64,000 nucleotides of DNA from Takakia lepidozioides (taxonomy: Eukaryota > Plantae > Bryophyta): NCBI GenBank assembly GCA_030704615.1, contig CM060733.1:24862001-24926000 (forward strand), in the 5' to 3' direction. Positions 62,122 to 64,000 of the stretch are shown here, piece by piece. The notes beneath the pieces were generated by a model. The model saw only the letters and a list, made by a program, of their open reading frames with translations, searched no databases and was not told the origin of the DNA. A program made the position numbers and the translations under genes. The first letter of the stretch is position 1; the number at the start of each line of letters is the position of its first letter.

Positions 62122-63145
62122 ATGGGGACTGGCTGCAGTCTGAGGATTCCAAGCCCATTATGCTCTACAATCCACTCCCAGAACCAAATTTGTCAAGGAG
62201 ATTCAATTCCCAGATACCCCACTTTGAATGAATCGGATGCAACGACGCCGGTGCAACTGGCGACATTCTCGCTTACAGATGTGCAGTTGAATAAGAGTGC
62301 AGGAGGTTCGAATGCCTCTTCTGGCACTTCTGGGCATGTGAAGATACCTTATGCGGCAGGCAGACTGACAGAGGCTCTACAGACTCTAAACCAAGGAGGC
62401 AAGTCAGCAGATTCAGATACATATGTCTGTCTCTTGCTTAAGTGCATCAAGATGGAAGGTCTGGAAGCTGGAAAGCAGGTGCACACTCACATTATCCAAA
62501 GTGGATTCACGCCAAATGTTTTTCTACTCAACACCCTTGTCAAAATGTATGTTAAGTGCGGGAGCATCATGGATGCTCACCAAGTGTTCAACAGAATGCC
62601 TCAACGATCTTTGATCACATGGAATATAATGTTGGCAGGATTTACCAAGCATGGGTGTGGTAGGAATGCTTTGGAGACCTATGAGCAAATGCTGCGCTTA
62701 TGTGTTGCTATCAAACATCTATGCTGCAGCTGGCAGGTGGGATGATACTGCAAAGGTGAGCAGAATGATGAAGGTCAGAGGGGTTAGAAAGGAGCCAGGT
62801 CGCTGCTGCATTGAGGTTGGCAACAGGGTGCACACCTTTGTTGTAGATGACAAGTTGCATCCCAGAATTAAGGAAATCCATGCTGAGCTGAGAAAATTGT
62901 CTGGGCAGATGAAGGAGGCGAGGTATGTGCCTGACACGCGCTTTGTATTGTCTGATGTGGAGGAAAAGGAATTTTCTCTTTGCGACCACAGTGAGAAGCT
63001 GGCCATTGGTTTTGGGCTGATCAGCACGACCGCTAGGATGCCTCTCCGTCTCATCAAGAACCTTCGAGTGTGTGGTGACTGCCACACCCCACAAAATCCA
63101 TGTCAAAGATTGTTGGCCGAGCAATTGTTGTACAGGATTTCCTGA
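62122..63145 (+). pseudogene. PLS-class PPR-E-DYW RNA-editing factor pseudogene with internal deletion
   Basis: PPR motifs (TYVCLL, NTLVKMYVKCG, WNIML) fused out of frame to E/DYW (AYVLLSNIYA, HSEKLAI, KNLRVCGDCH); terminal DYW absent. Confidence 0.85.
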
Positions 63146-63757
63146 GAGTATTGACCATTATGTACTGTTGAGTGCATTTCATGTGGCATATCCACAGGAA
63201 ATGACAGTGGGGTCTACCCGGCATAGGTGGGAAGTCAGCCCATAATTGCACTTGACTGAAGGGGTGATTTTTGACTGATTCTGGTGAGTGCTGTCTTTGG
63301 GTGGTGGAACAATCGAGGCAAAAAGGTGAATGCCTGTTGGAAGCAGACGCAAAGCATAGGAACTAGTGTGATAAGTAGGGTTGGGGTGTTTGCTGGAACA
63401 ATTCTAGGCTGTCATTGTCAGCTGCTAGCAGCAAGGCAAGGATGTATGCATGATTTGTGCAGAGGCATAGATAGCTGAAGGAGCAGGGATAGAGTGTGGG
63501 TCCAGATTCATCCAAGAGGGCTGGATTTCAAGCTCCAGATTACCTATGATTCCATGTGGAAGGATAGTTACAAGAAACCTGCATGGGTAGATGGTCAACT
63601 GGAAGCCGCAGCAGCAGCGGCACAATTGATAAAATCAGGCACTGCTTTCACCCTGTTTTTCCCTCTTATCAGAATCGGCCCTAAATTTCCATGTTGAATT
63701 CTGCAAAGTTAGGGTTTCAAGCAAATGAGCATCGAATTGGAGGGCGTCTCTATAGAA

Positions 63758-63938
63758 TGTACTCATAAGACATTGTTTGCCGTAGCCTTGTGGCCATTGA
63801 CCCCGCGCCCAGTTTGAGCGGAACACAACAGGACAGAACCTACCTCTGTCAGGGGCTGACGTCGGTAGTAAACTTACCTTGATAAAGAACATTGATCCGG
63901 GTTTTCCAGATATCCTCTAGAAATCCCTTCACACAAGC
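63758..63938 (-). mobile_element. Short 3' fragment of the same LINE family
   Basis: Near copy of 55988-56169. Confidence 0.85.
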
Positions 63939-64000
63939 GGTGGACAAAAGGTGAACTCTTCGAAGGTAATCCTTTCAATGGAGGTTCGTGGAGGCAACCT

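Noticed and set aside
60681-62231. Exon-like piece at 60681-60820 (-) and Ser/Pro-rich ORF 61626-62231 (+)
   Set aside because: No identifiable product; low complexity explains open frames on both strands

Overview
Land-plant nuclear DNA, probably from a bryophyte-grade plant (PPR-DYW, plastid Hsp70 and AT1G19530-like genes; species not determinable), dominated by nested transposons. The main feature is a young 11.9-kb Ty3/Gypsy retrotransposon (3649-15524, minus strand, 4-bp TSD CATG). Its polyprotein reads Gag-2xZn knuckle-protease-DNMT3-like cytosine-5 methyltransferase-RT-RNaseH-DDE integrase-PHD finger. It lacks a normal LTR pair and instead has split direct repeats (A...ORFs...PPT-B-GC-A-B) with a palindromic GACAGCTGTC end-to-end junction, plus an apparently tRNA-independent PBS complementary to a hairpin loop in its own terminal repeat. 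It is inserted in a degenerate relative (1-3648 + 15525-16188), which is in turn inserted in a chromodomain Ty3/Gypsy element (16189-20990) that carries an extra 3' ORF. The middle of the window holds CACTA, copia and LINE relics, an orphan plastid Hsp70 first exon, and a family of kb-scale foldback/inverted repeats, one with a Penelope-like RT at its apex. The right part has an intact 4-exon AT1G19530/RGAT1-like gene, an RTEX/jockey-group-like LINE with a (CATTT)n tail, and an internally deleted PPR-DYW pseudogene.
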